In this document: one piece after another, positions 47,199-56,984 of the stretch
How positions within the stretch are numbered: position 1 is the stretch's first letter
How the letters are laid out: every line of letters starts with the position of its first letter
Assembly (NCBI GenBank): GCA_050251875.1
Contig: JBFWMA010000003.1
Span: forward strand, 200,436 to 264,435
Length of the DNA stretch: 64,000 nt
Direction: 5' to 3'
Source of the DNA: Deferribacterales bacterium
GTDB taxonomy: Bacteria; Chrysiogenota; Deferribacteres; Deferribacterales; Geovibrionaceae
Notes under the pieces: generated by a model
Seen by the model: the letters and a program-made list of their open reading frames with translations, nothing else
Database searches by the model: none
What the model was told of the DNA's origin: nothing
Position numbers and translations under genes: made by a program

Positions 47199-47966
47199 CT
47201 AAAGGCTGAGATATCTCACAGCCAGAAGAATGGCTATCGCCTGCTGTTTGTTGGATACGCCCAGTTTGTGGAATATTTTTTTGGTGTGGAATTTTACGGT
47301 GTTTTCGGAGATAGGCATTATGGTGGCTATCTCCCAGCTTGTCTTGCCGTCCGCTATCCAGTCGGCGACCTCTTTCTCCCTTTCGCTCAGCGAGCTGACG
47401 AGTTTTATCATCTCCAGGCGCTTTCTGATGATGGTGAGATGCGGCGTAAGGATGTTCATGACGATCTCTGTGCGTTCATCAACACTGTTCTTTTTATCGG
47501 CGAACGAAACAAGGAAAGAGAAATCTTTGGCTTTGGAATCGGAGAATACCGAGAAGCCGTAATTGAGACCGAAGTGCTTTCTGCGCTCTATTATGTGCAG
47601 CTCCTCCGGCGACAGCTCCCTGTCGTATGAATCCCACAGGATGAACATGTTTCTGATGCCCCGCTCAAGCCGGATCTCCGCCTCCAAGCGCACCGGGTCG
47701 TGGTTTATGTAGCCTTTCAGGGCATATTCCGTCATCCAGTCCTTAGGGTTTGAAACGTTGTGCAGATTGATTCCGTATCCGTTGCAGTAGGATGTTCTGG
47801 TGAAGCAGTAGAGTATATATTTGAATCCGAGAAAATCGGCGATATCGGTCAGAAGCTCTTCAAACTCTTGATCTGTGGTGAGCTTTAAACACCTGTTCAT
47901 GAAAGACAGCGTGGACGTCAGGTATTTTTTGTTCAGAATATTGAGTTCTTCCGGTTTAAACGCCAT
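47199..47966 (-). CDS. LuxR regulator with autoinducer-binding domain
   Basis: W...Y....Y...DP...W...G pattern; LSEREKEV...GKTSWEIA HTH. Confidence 0.9.
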   Translation of the reverse strand: MAFKPEELNILNKKYLTSTLSFMNRCLKLTTDQEFEELLTDIADFLGFKYILYCFTRTSYCNGYGINLHNVSNPKDWMTEYALKGYINHDPVRLEAEIRLERGIRNMFILWDSYDRELSPEELHIIERRKHFGLNYGFSVFSDSKAKDFSFLVSFADKKNSVDERTEIVMNILTPHLTIIRKRLEMIKLVSSLSEREKEVADWIADGKTSWEIATIMPISENTVKFHTKKIFHKLGVSNKQQAIAILLAVRYLSL

Positions 47967-48037
47967 ATAGATTCCTGTGATTTTTTTAATATCTTACCAC
48001 AGAGAAAGAACTAAAACTTTACTTATTAAACAAAATT

Positions 48038-48772
48038 TTATCTGAAAATACTTTTATATACGGCGAACTGTTTAGCGATGCGCCCGCTTCTGCCGCCTCT
48101 GTCCATGGCATAGCTCTCCGCCTCTTTCTCCCATCCGTCATAAAGCCCTATTCCCGTTCTTTCCAGATATGAGCCGACTATCAGCTTATAGTCCTTCGGG
48201 TTCAGAGGATAAAAGCCGATGGCGAGCCCGAAACGTGCGAAAAGGGAGGCGTTTTCGTTCACCACGTCCCTGTCGTATATGTCGCCGGAGTTGGAAGCTG
48301 TTTCGGTTATCATGTGGCGTTTGTTTGATGTCGCCACAAAAACGCAGTTAGCGGGTTTCTCTTCCAGTCCGCCTTCCAGAACGGATTTGAACATTCTGTA
48401 GAGGGTGTCGCCCGTGTCGAAAGATACATCGTCCAGATATATCATAATGTATCTGTTGTTCATCTTTCTCGCCTGAGCGTAGAGGTCATAGAGGGTGATT
48501 ATGTCATCGTGGCGGAACTCCACCGCTGTGAGCCCTCTGTCGGCGTATTCTGTCAGGAGCATTTTGATGATGGCAGATTTGCCCAGTCCCTTTTCTCCCC
48601 ACAGGAGCATGTTCAGGGCGGGTTTTCCGCTGACAAACGCCTCAATGTTTTTAACCGCCAGATCTATCTGTCTGTCTATGGATATCAGATCCTCACGGCG
48701 GACAGGCTCTATGTGCTCCACCTGTGTCAGCCCGCCGGCGGACCATCTGTATGCGTGTATATTATTTTGCAA
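48038..48772 (-). CDS. DUF815-type AAA ATPase
   Basis: LLWGEKGLGKS, KSVLEGGLE, ATSNKRH and RSGRIA.QF motifs. Confidence 0.85.
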   Translation of the reverse strand: MQNNIHAYRWSAGGLTQVEHIEPVRREDLISIDRQIDLAVKNIEAFVSGKPALNMLLWGEKGLGKSAIIKMLLTEYADRGLTAVEFRHDDIITLYDLYAQARKMNNRYIMIYLDDVSFDTGDTLYRMFKSVLEGGLEEKPANCVFVATSNKRHMITETASNSGDIYDRDVVNENASLFARFGLAIGFYPLNPKDYKLIVGSYLERTGIGLYDGWEKEAESYAMDRGGRSGRIAKQFAVYKSIFR

Positions 48773-49736
48773 GTGCTTTTACCGCCTCTTTCGCGTAGTA
48801 GGTTATTATTATATCCGCTCCGGCTCTTTTTATGGATACCAGAGATTCCATCATGGCTCTGTGTCCGTCCAGCCAGCCCATCTGAGCCGCCGCCATAATC
48901 ATGGCGTATTCGCCGGAAACATGATAAGCCGCCACGGGACGGTCATAGTTTCTCTTCAGATCGCTGATGACATCCAGATAAGGCAGGGCGGGTTTCACCA
49001 TTATGATGTCCGCTCCTTCCATGATGTCCAGCTCGGCTTCTTTCAGCCCTTCTGTTCTGTTTGCGGGATCCATCTGATAAGTTTTTCTGTCGCCGAACTT
49101 GGGCGTGGATTCCGCCGCCTCACGGAAAGGACCGTAAAAAGCGGAGCAGTATTTCACAGAGTAGCTCATGATGGGCACGTTGGTATATCCGTGTTCATCC
49201 AGAGCGTCTCTCATCACTTCCACCCGTCCGTCCATCATGTCGCTGGGGGCGACTATGTCTGCGCCTGCCTTCACATGGGTCAGGGTCTCCAGAGCGAGAT
49301 ATTTAAGCGTTTCGTCATTGTCCACTTCGCCGTTCTTTATGATTCCGCAGTGACCGTGGTCTGTGTATTCGCACATGCACACGTCTGTTATCACCAGCAG
49401 GTCTTTCACGTTTTCTTTGATGGCTTTCACCGCTTTCTGGATGATGCCGTGCTCGTTATAGGCTTCTGATCCCATCTCGTCCTTATACGCCGGAATACCA
49501 AAGAGTATTACGCCGGGGATTCCCAGCTCTTTTAATTCCTGACATTCTTTGATGATGTTGTCTATGGACATCTGAAAAACGCCGGGCATGGACGATACGG
49601 GGTTTTTGATGTTCTCCCCTTCGCACACGAAGAGGGGATATATGAAATCGTCAGCGGTGAGAGTCGTTTCTCTCACCAGTCTGCGCATGGTATCGCTGGT
49701 TCTCAGTCTTCTGGGTCTGTCTATGGGAAATGCCAT
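48762..49736 (-). CDS. hemB: Porphobilinogen synthase
   Basis: DVCMCEYTDHGHCG, PSDMMDGR and MVKPA motifs. Confidence 0.97.
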   Translation of the reverse strand: MAFPIDRPRRLRTSDTMRRLVRETTLTADDFIYPLFVCEGENIKNPVSSMPGVFQMSIDNIIKECQELKELGIPGVILFGIPAYKDEMGSEAYNEHGIIQKAVKAIKENVKDLLVITDVCMCEYTDHGHCGIIKNGEVDNDETLKYLALETLTHVKAGADIVAPSDMMDGRVEVMRDALDEHGYTNVPIMSYSVKYCSAFYGPFREAAESTPKFGDRKTYQMDPANRTEGLKEAELDIMEGADIIMVKPALPYLDVISDLKRNYDRPVAAYHVSGEYAMIMAAAQMGWLDGHRAMMESLVSIKRAGADIIITYYAKEAVKALAK

Positions 49737-49745
49737 TTTAACACC

Positions 49746-50423
49746 TCATAATTGATCTATGATCTTTATCATTCCCTCCAGGGTATATTCCCCGGGGACG
49801 TAACATTCGTATCCGTATTTTTTTATCTCTTCGGCGGTGGTTCTGCCTATCGCCACCAGCGCCCTGTCTGTGCCGCATGAGTCAAAAAAAGCTCTGACGG
49901 CGGAAGGCGAGGCGAAGGTTATAACATCTATGCCGTTCCGGCGGATGAACGAGTCTATCTCTTCACGGCTTCTCTTTACCGCTGCCGTCTTATAGATAGT
50001 GACAATGTCGGCGGCGCATCCGTTCATTTTCAGCCATGTGTGAAAATCCCCGGCTCTGGTCTCCGCTCCCGCCAGCAGAATACGTCTGCCACGCAGGTCG
50101 ATACCGGAAAAGAGCTTTTTCAACCCCTCGGCGGAGTATTCGTCCGGCATCATATCCACAGTGTATCCTGCCTCTGTCAGAGCTTCTGACGTGGCGGAAC
50201 CCACAGCGGCAATTTTTCCGAAGGCGACACTGTCTCTGTACGGCTCGAAGTATTTCACTGCGTTCAGGCTGGTGAAAACCCCATAGTCATAATGACCGGA
50301 GACGTCAGCGTCCACGGGCACACATTCTATCATCGGCAGAGAATAGGGGACGTGTCCCGCTTTTTTCAGCAGAGCGGCGAATTTCGCCGTTTTGTCCGCT
50401 TCTCTGGTTATCAGTACGTTCAT
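49746..50423 (-). CDS. hemD: Uroporphyrinogen-III synthase
   Basis: VLITR, FTSLNAV and FASPSAV motifs. Confidence 0.92.
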   Translation of the reverse strand: MNVLITREADKTAKFAALLKKAGHVPYSLPMIECVPVDADVSGHYDYGVFTSLNAVKYFEPYRDSVAFGKIAAVGSATSEALTEAGYTVDMMPDEYSAEGLKKLFSGIDLRGRRILLAGAETRAGDFHTWLKMNGCAADIVTIYKTAAVKRSREEIDSFIRRNGIDVITFASPSAVRAFFDSCGTDRALVAIGRTTAEEIKKYGYECYVPGEYTLEGMIKIIDQL

Positions 50424-51343
50424 GCGTTTTTGTAAATTTCGTCCAGAATAGCTTTTCCGCCGCTGTTCAGCACCTTTTCAGCGAGCTGAATACCGAGCTG
50501 TTCGGCGTCTTTCGCCATTCCTTCGATGGTTTCCGTGATGAAAACGTTTCCTTCGATATCGGATACAACGCCCTTCATCACTATCTTGTCCCCGCACAGA
50601 ACAGAGTGTCCGGCTATGGGAGCCTGACATCCGCCCTCGAGCTTTCTGAGGAAGGCTCGCTCGCATTTCACCCGTGTTTCTGTGGGTTCGTGGCGCAGGA
50701 AGTCGAGGAGTTTTTTCATATCCCCGTCATTCTCACGGATCTCTATCCCCAGAATACCCTGACAGCATGCCGGCAGCATGACATCCACATTAAAAGTATC
50801 TTTCACTCTGTCATGGAATCCCAGACGGACGAGTCCGGCTTTCGCCAGGATGATGGCGTCATATTCACCCGCTTCCAGCTTCGCCAGACGGGTGTTCACA
50901 TTGCCTCTCAGGTCTTTTATCACGAGGTCGGGGCGCACTTTTTTCAGCTGAACCTTTCTGCGCAGACTGCTGGTGCCCACAACGGCGCCGTCAGGCAGAT
51001 CGTCCAAAGTTTTATATTTCACGGAGACGAAGCAGTCATAGGGTGTTTCTCCCTCGGGGCTGGCATAAAGAATCAGTCCTTCGGGGAGCTCCATGGGAAC
51101 GTCTTTCATGCTGTGCACGGCGATGTCGGCTGTGCCGTCCATGAGCGCCTGCTCTATCTCTTTCACAAAAAGCCCTTTACCGCCTATCTTCGCCAGCGGC
51201 ACATCCAGAATCTTGTCGCCTTTGGTTTTGATCACGTTCAGCTCGACTTCCACACCGTGCTCTTTCATCAGCAGAGCCTTGATGTGTTCTGCCTGCCACA
51301 GTGCCAGATTGCTTCCACGGGTTGCGATAGTGACTTTTTTCAT
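50420..51343 (-). CDS. hemC: Hydroxymethylbilane synthase
   Basis: TRGSNLALWQ, AVHSMKD, GTSSLRR and GGCQAP motifs. Confidence 0.97.
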   Translation of the reverse strand: MKKVTIATRGSNLALWQAEHIKALLMKEHGVEVELNVIKTKGDKILDVPLAKIGGKGLFVKEIEQALMDGTADIAVHSMKDVPMELPEGLILYASPEGETPYDCFVSVKYKTLDDLPDGAVVGTSSLRRKVQLKKVRPDLVIKDLRGNVNTRLAKLEAGEYDAIILAKAGLVRLGFHDRVKDTFNVDVMLPACCQGILGIEIRENDGDMKKLLDFLRHEPTETRVKCERAFLRKLEGGCQAPIAGHSVLCGDKIVMKGVVSDIEGNVFITETIEGMAKDAEQLGIQLAEKVLNSGGKAILDEIYKNA

Positions 51344-52611
51344 TTTTCATCCTCGAGTTCAAACAAAATTTTCAGAGCCTCATCCAGAGAATATTTTCCT
51401 TTCACGGCGGACACGTTTTTCAGGTTTTTCAGCGGTGTGTGAAGAACCTTGTTCATGTATGCCGACACCAGATATTCCAGCTTGGCCTGCTCCTGTTCGC
51501 TGTCTATTTTAAACTTTGCGGAGAATCTCTTCAGCTCCGCGTCCTTTATCTCCTCGAACTGTCCCCTGAGTGATTTTATCAGAGGAACGATCCTCATGGA
51601 TTCTATCCACTCATAGAAACCTTCCAGTCCGGTCTCTATGAACTCCATAGCCTTCACAGCCTCTTTCTCACGCTGTTTGCGGTTGGCGTCCACCACGGCT
51701 TTCAGGTCGTCTATGTCGTATACATATACGTTCTCTATCCTGTTTATATCCGGGTCGATGTCTCTGGGGACGGCTATGTCTATGAAGAACATCGGTTTTT
51801 TCTTCCGGTGCGACATGGCGTCTTTCACATCCGCCGCCGTAACCAGAAGCTCTGTGGCGCCTGTGGAACTTATGATAATGTCGGAGTTTTTCAGCATATC
51901 TTTGAAAGCCGAAAACTCCACAGCCTCTCCCGCCACCTCGCAGGCAAGTTTCTGCGCCTTCTCATATGTTCTGTTGGTTACTGTTATTCTGCCTATCCCC
52001 GCCGTATGCAGGTGTTTCGCCGCCAGCTCGCACATCTCTCCGGCGCCTATTATCAGGGCGGATTTATCCTCCAGCCTGCCGAAGATTTTTGAAGCCAGCT
52101 CCACAGCGGCATAGCTGACGGAAACCGGGTTTTCGCCTATGCCTGTGTATGTGCGCACTTTTTTGGTGGTTTTGATTGTGAACTCTTCCAGCTTTTTCAG
52201 AAAAGTTCCCGCCCCGCCGTATGTGCGGCAGTTTTCGAAAGAGTCTTTTACCTGTCCGAATATCTGGGGCTCTCCCATTACGAGAGAGTCCAGCCCGCAG
52301 GCCACCCGGAAAATATGACGGATGGAATCCTCTCCGCAGTGGATATAGGTATATTTTCTGAGCTCCGTGCGCTCCATTCCGCAGTGTTCGGAGACTATCT
52401 CCAGCACGCTCTCTATGTTGCACAGGAAATCGTCTGTGACTATGTAGTATTCCACCCGGTTGCAGGTGGATATTATCATCGCCTCATAGATACGGTCGTT
52501 AGCCATTATCTGAGAGTATATCTGTTCCAGTTCGCTTCCGTCCACGGCGAGACGTTCTCTCACCTCAACAGGCGCGGTATTATGGTTGAGACCTAAAACT
52601 GCAAGCTGCAT
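51340..52611 (-). CDS. hemA: Glutamyl-tRNA reductase
   Basis: STCNRVE, GEPQI.GQVK, GAGEM and DIAVPRD motifs. Confidence 0.97.
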   Translation of the reverse strand: MQLAVLGLNHNTAPVEVRERLAVDGSELEQIYSQIMANDRIYEAMIISTCNRVEYYIVTDDFLCNIESVLEIVSEHCGMERTELRKYTYIHCGEDSIRHIFRVACGLDSLVMGEPQIFGQVKDSFENCRTYGGAGTFLKKLEEFTIKTTKKVRTYTGIGENPVSVSYAAVELASKIFGRLEDKSALIIGAGEMCELAAKHLHTAGIGRITVTNRTYEKAQKLACEVAGEAVEFSAFKDMLKNSDIIISSTGATELLVTAADVKDAMSHRKKKPMFFIDIAVPRDIDPDINRIENVYVYDIDDLKAVVDANRKQREKEAVKAMEFIETGLEGFYEWIESMRIVPLIKSLRGQFEEIKDAELKRFSAKFKIDSEQEQAKLEYLVSAYMNKVLHTPLKNLKNVSAVKGKYSLDEALKILFELEDEK

Positions 52612-52617
52612 AAATTA

Positions 52618-53409
52618 TTATCCCGCTACAAAAAATGCTACGCCGATGTAGGTGATTATCACAGAGATAAAACCGACAATGGTGGAAAGAGCAGTGTCCT
52701 TGGGGGACATGCCTTTGAGCTGTTTATAAAAAGTGATACTGCTGTAAATAATCCATGTGATGATGGCGAAGACCAGCTTGGGGCTGAAAACATTTATCCG
52801 TCCGCTGGAATACAGCATCCACACCAGCCCCGCCAGAAGCCCGATGGTGAAGGTGTAGAAACCGATATAGAGCGTGGTGTTGATAAGCCTGTCTATGGTG
52901 TCCAGAGGAGGGAAACGGCGGAAGATCACGCCGAAATTTTTATTCTTAAGCTGGCGTTCCTGAATGAAATACATAATGCCGCCGGATGTGGACACCATGA
53001 AAAAAGCGGTGCCTATGATGGTGAACGGCAGATGGATATAGAGCCAGAGGCTGGCGGCGTTGGGGTTGTGCATGGCGCTGAAACCGCCCAGAAGTCTCGC
53101 TCCGATGATGAACAGAACGGCGATAGGGAAGATGAACAGCCCTATGGACGGTCTTTTGAATTTAAAGAAAAGAAGGATATATGCCAGCAGGAGCGCCTGT
53201 GACAAAAACAGAAGAAGCCCGCTCATGGAGCCGAAAGGGTTCGCGTGGGCGCTGCTCCACAGAGTGATGAACTGCGCTGATGAGAATATCAGCCCCAGCA
53301 CAGCGAACAGGTTTGTTATGGTGACCAGTCTGCCGTAACCCAGAAAGATGTAAAGAGTTATGTGCAGAAGAGCCAGAACGGAACATAATATGGAAAGGTC
53401 AAAGTACAT
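52618..53409 (-). CDS. Cytochrome c assembly (CcsA/HemX-like) membrane protein
   Basis: WLYIH, Y..QER.LK and PPL..ID motifs; upstream of hemA. Confidence 0.85.
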   Translation of the reverse strand: MYFDLSILCSVLALLHITLYIFLGYGRLVTITNLFAVLGLIFSSAQFITLWSSAHANPFGSMSGLLLFLSQALLLAYILLFFKFKRPSIGLFIFPIAVLFIIGARLLGGFSAMHNPNAASLWLYIHLPFTIIGTAFFMVSTSGGIMYFIQERQLKNKNFGVIFRRFPPLDTIDRLINTTLYIGFYTFTIGLLAGLVWMLYSSGRINVFSPKLVFAIITWIIYSSITFYKQLKGMSPKDTALSTIVGFISVIITYIGVAFFVAG

Positions 53410-53555
53410 CTCTACCCCGTTGTGAACGATTAAGTCAGAAATATATTAAAGTATATATAACCTAAGCCTTTTTTTGAAGGAAAATTTTGTTAACTTTATT
53501 TATCACAAATTATTTTTTGGACAAATTAATCATAATGATATAAATTAACTCTTAA

Positions 53556-54410
53556 ATGCTTGGCGAACCTATCTCACTCAAACATAAAGAACTGCTGGAC
53601 AAGAAACTCAAATCCGTAAATATCCCTGTATCCGAATACAGCTTTCAGAATCTTTACCTTTTCAGAGGCAATCACGACTACCGTGTTTTCGAGTCTGACG
53701 GCTTTGTCTTCGTAAAAGGAGTCACATATGACGGCGGAATCTATATCATGCCGGCGTGTGATATCAGGGAAGTTCCGCTGGAGACACTGAAAAAACTTCA
53801 GGCGGAGTGCGATTTCTTCTTTCCCGTGGCAGAGGCGTGGTTGGGTCATTTTGACGGTATGGATGTGGAATGCACATTCACCGACGGCGACACTGACTAT
53901 ATCTATACCACTGAAAAAATGTCCACCTATCCGGGTAGAAAACTGCACAAAAAACGCAATCTGCTCAAACAGTTTGTTGAACATTATAAGGCGGATGCCT
54001 TTATGATAGACGACAGCAACATGGCGGACGCCAGACTGATTCTGGAAAAATGGCAGGAGAACACCGGGGCGGCGAAGGACGAAACGGATTATTTTGCCTG
54101 CACAGAGGCGCTCGATCTTTATAAAGAGCTGGGTATATGCGGCGGCATATATTACGCAGACGGACAGCCGGCGGCTTTCATCCTCGGAGAGGAGCTGACG
54201 GACGACACCTATGTAATGCACTTCGCTAAGGGTCTGGTGGAGTTCAAGGGAATCTATCAGTACGTCTATAACGATTTCGCTAATCTGCTGCCGAAAAAAT
54301 ATCAGTATATTAACTATGAACAGGATCTGGGGAGCATGGCTCTGCGCATTGCCAAGACCAGCTATATTCCCGATGTCCTCGTGAAGAAATACCGTCTGAA
54401 ATTTATTTGA
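53556..54410 (+). CDS. DUF2156 (tRNA-dependent aminoacyltransferase-like) protein
   Basis: SEYSF.NL, DYIY, G.KLHKKRN, HF.KG and IN.EQDLG motifs. Confidence 0.82.
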   Translation: MLGEPISLKHKELLDKKLKSVNIPVSEYSFQNLYLFRGNHDYRVFESDGFVFVKGVTYDGGIYIMPACDIREVPLETLKKLQAECDFFFPVAEAWLGHFDGMDVECTFTDGDTDYIYTTEKMSTYPGRKLHKKRNLLKQFVEHYKADAFMIDDSNMADARLILEKWQENTGAAKDETDYFACTEALDLYKELGICGGIYYADGQPAAFILGEELTDDTYVMHFAKGLVEFKGIYQYVYNDFANLLPKKYQYINYEQDLGSMALRIAKTSYIPDVLVKKYRLKFI

Positions 54411-55155
54411 AAAGAAGCAGAACAGCGAAAGCTATAACAGCGACCGACACGAACCTTTTCAGGAATTTGTTCCCCGCCTTAACGGAAAAACCGGCAGCCA
54501 TGACAGCCCCCACAGCCATTCCCGCGCCCAGAGCGATTCCGGGCAGATAGACGACTTTGTCAGCGTATATGAATATGGCGAGAGACAGTGTGGCGGTCAG
54601 CAGGTTGATGAACATCTTCACAGCGTTTCCACGCACATAGTCCAGCCCGTAAAGAACACAGTAAGCCAGAACCACAAACCCCACGCCAGCCTGTATAAAC
54701 CCGCCGTAAAGCCCCACGAAGAAATAGACGACAGATGCGGTGACGCCTGATTTCGCTGTGAAAGTGAAATCGGTGAGCTGTTTATCCGACTGCGGTTTGA
54801 AGAATGTGACCAGAGTCATCAGAACCATGAAAAAAGCCAGATATTTTTTAAAGGCGTCCTCAGCGACTATGGTGGCGAGATATGCCCCCATCACAGAGCC
54901 TATCAGAGACGGGATAACGGACATCAGGCTCATCTTGACAGGGAAATAGCCCATCCTGCGGAATTTGCCCAGACCGAAGATCGACTGTATCCATATGCCC
55001 AGCCTGTTGGTGGCGTTTGCCACTGTGGGCTCCAGTCCGGTGAATATCAGTATCGGTATGGTGAGAAAAGATCCCCCGCCCGCCAGAGTGTTTAATATCC
55101 CGGCGATGAAGCCGGACGCAAAAAGAATTAAAAGCTGTACCCAGATGTTTTCCAT
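54403..55155 (-). CDS. TauE/SafE family transporter
   Basis: NTLAGGGS, ANATNR and YGGFIQAGVG motifs. Confidence 0.9.
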   Translation of the reverse strand: MENIWVQLLILFASGFIAGILNTLAGGGSFLTIPILIFTGLEPTVANATNRLGIWIQSIFGLGKFRRMGYFPVKMSLMSVIPSLIGSVMGAYLATIVAEDAFKKYLAFFMVLMTLVTFFKPQSDKQLTDFTFTAKSGVTASVVYFFVGLYGGFIQAGVGFVVLAYCVLYGLDYVRGNAVKMFINLLTATLSLAIFIYADKVVYLPGIALGAGMAVGAVMAAGFSVKAGNKFLKRFVSVAVIAFAVLLLFK

Positions 55156-55219
55156 GGCGGCGATTCTACTCCTAAAACATAGTGTGGGCAAACAGAAAAA
55201 AATGATTTATAAGTACTGT

Positions 55220-55852
55220 ATGAGCAAAAAAGAACTGTCCGATAGATTTGAAAAATATCTGGCGGAAAAATATCCGGAAGCGAAATGTTCTCTGGATTAT
55301 AAGAACCCTTTTCAGCTTCTCACCGCCACCATCCTATCCGCCCAGTGCACAGACAAACGGGTGAATATCGTCACAAAAGAACTCTTTAAGAAATATCCCG
55401 CGCCTATGGACATGGCGAACGCCGACTATGACGAAATGTGCGAAGTGATAAAGAGCACGGGGATATATAAGAACAAGGCAAAAAGTCTGATAAGCATGGC
55501 AAAAGATTTGACGCAGAAACACGGAGGCATAGTGCCGGACAGCCTGAAGGAGCTGACGGCTCTGGCAGGGGTGGGCAGAAAAACCGCCAACGTGGTTCTG
55601 GGCAATATATACAACATGCCGGGTATAGTTGTGGATACCCATGTGAAGAGGATCATGAACAGGCTGGGACTCACCGACAGCGGTGACCCTGTTAAGATAG
55701 AAAAGGAACTGGAAGTTCTGGTGGACGGAGAGAACCACTGCATGTGGGGACACAGAGTCATCAGCTTCGGCAGAGATATTTGTACGGCGAAACAGCCGAA
55801 ATGCGCTATATGCGGGGTAAAAGATGTGTGCAGATACTACGCTTCACTTTGA
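55220..55852 (+). CDS. nth: Endonuclease III
   Basis: LSAQCTD, GVGRKTANVV, VDTHV and C..K.PKC..C....C motifs. Confidence 0.95.
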   Translation: MSKKELSDRFEKYLAEKYPEAKCSLDYKNPFQLLTATILSAQCTDKRVNIVTKELFKKYPAPMDMANADYDEMCEVIKSTGIYKNKAKSLISMAKDLTQKHGGIVPDSLKELTALAGVGRKTANVVLGNIYNMPGIVVDTHVKRIMNRLGLTDSGDPVKIEKELEVLVDGENHCMWGHRVISFGRDICTAKQPKCAICGVKDVCRYYASL

Positions 55853-56984
55853 TATGATATCAGGAATCTCAGGGGATATGTCTCTGGGAGTGCTCTGCGG
55901 TCTGGGACTGGATATTGTGGAGACGGCGGCGATCATCTCCGACATGGTAAAGACGGAGATAAACGCCGGAACAGAGGATGTGAACGTTGCCGGGGTGATG
56001 TGCAAAAGGCTGAAGCTGAGTCTGCCTCATGAGCACGCCCACAGAACCATGAAAGATATACGCAGGATGCTGGAGGGCTCAGCCTTTGACGAAAAGGTGA
56101 TAGCCGATTCCATAGGCATTTTTGAGATAATAGCTCAGGCGGAGGGCGCTGTTCACGGAAAAGATCCGGAGAAGGTGCATTTCCACGAGGTGGGCGCTCT
56201 GGATTCCATATTCGATATAGCCGGGTTCGCTTACGGCGTGCATAAGCTGAAGATAAACAGCATAACATCCACCCTGCCCGTGCTGGGAACAGGATTTGTG
56301 GAGTGCGCTCACGGGATTATGCCTGTGCCCGCGCCCGCCACGGTGAAGATTCTGGAAGGAGTGGAAATCCGCCCCTCTCAGGAACCCAACGAGATGACAA
56401 CGCCCACAGGCGCCGCCCTGCTTAAATATTATGTAAAAGATTTCGGATCATTCGGCGGAAAGATACTGGCGTCCGCCTGTTCCACCGGAAACAAAACCTT
56501 CGAGACAGTGCCGAACATGCTCCGTGGAGTTCTGCTGGAGCAGAAAAGCGCCAAAGGCGGTCTGGTGATGATAGAGACCGGAATAGACGACTGTCCGGGA
56601 GAGATGATAGGGCATCTCTTCACCGTGCTGGCTCAGGCGGCGGTGGATGTGACAGTCTGTCATGCTATAGGAAAGAAGAACCGTCCTGTTTTCGTGGTGA
56701 ATGTTCTCTGTCACGAGAGCGAGGTGAAGAACTGCGCCGAAATCCTGTTTGCCAACAGTTCCACAGCGGGGGTTAAATATTATCCCGTGGAGCGGATCAT
56801 CATGGACAGGGAGATGATAACCGTGAACGTGATGGGCGAGGGCGTGGCTGTGAAAAAGCTGACATACGGCGGGACAGTGAAATACAGCCCGGAGTGGGAC
56901 AGCTGTGTTGCCGCGGCGCACAGGCTGAACACCGCCGTTATGAATGTTTATGAAATGGCGAAAGCGAAGACTGACGGATATTAG
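55824..56984 (+). CDS. larC: Nickel pincer cofactor insertion protein LarC
   Basis: SGISGDM, VHFHEVGA.DS, PVPAPAT, TPTGAA and GKKNRP motifs. Confidence 0.92.
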   Translation: MCADTTLHFDMISGISGDMSLGVLCGLGLDIVETAAIISDMVKTEINAGTEDVNVAGVMCKRLKLSLPHEHAHRTMKDIRRMLEGSAFDEKVIADSIGIFEIIAQAEGAVHGKDPEKVHFHEVGALDSIFDIAGFAYGVHKLKINSITSTLPVLGTGFVECAHGIMPVPAPATVKILEGVEIRPSQEPNEMTTPTGAALLKYYVKDFGSFGGKILASACSTGNKTFETVPNMLRGVLLEQKSAKGGLVMIETGIDDCPGEMIGHLFTVLAQAAVDVTVCHAIGKKNRPVFVVNVLCHESEVKNCAEILFANSSTAGVKYYPVERIIMDREMITVNVMGEGVAVKKLTYGGTVKYSPEWDSCVAAAHRLNTAVMNVYEMAKAKTDGY

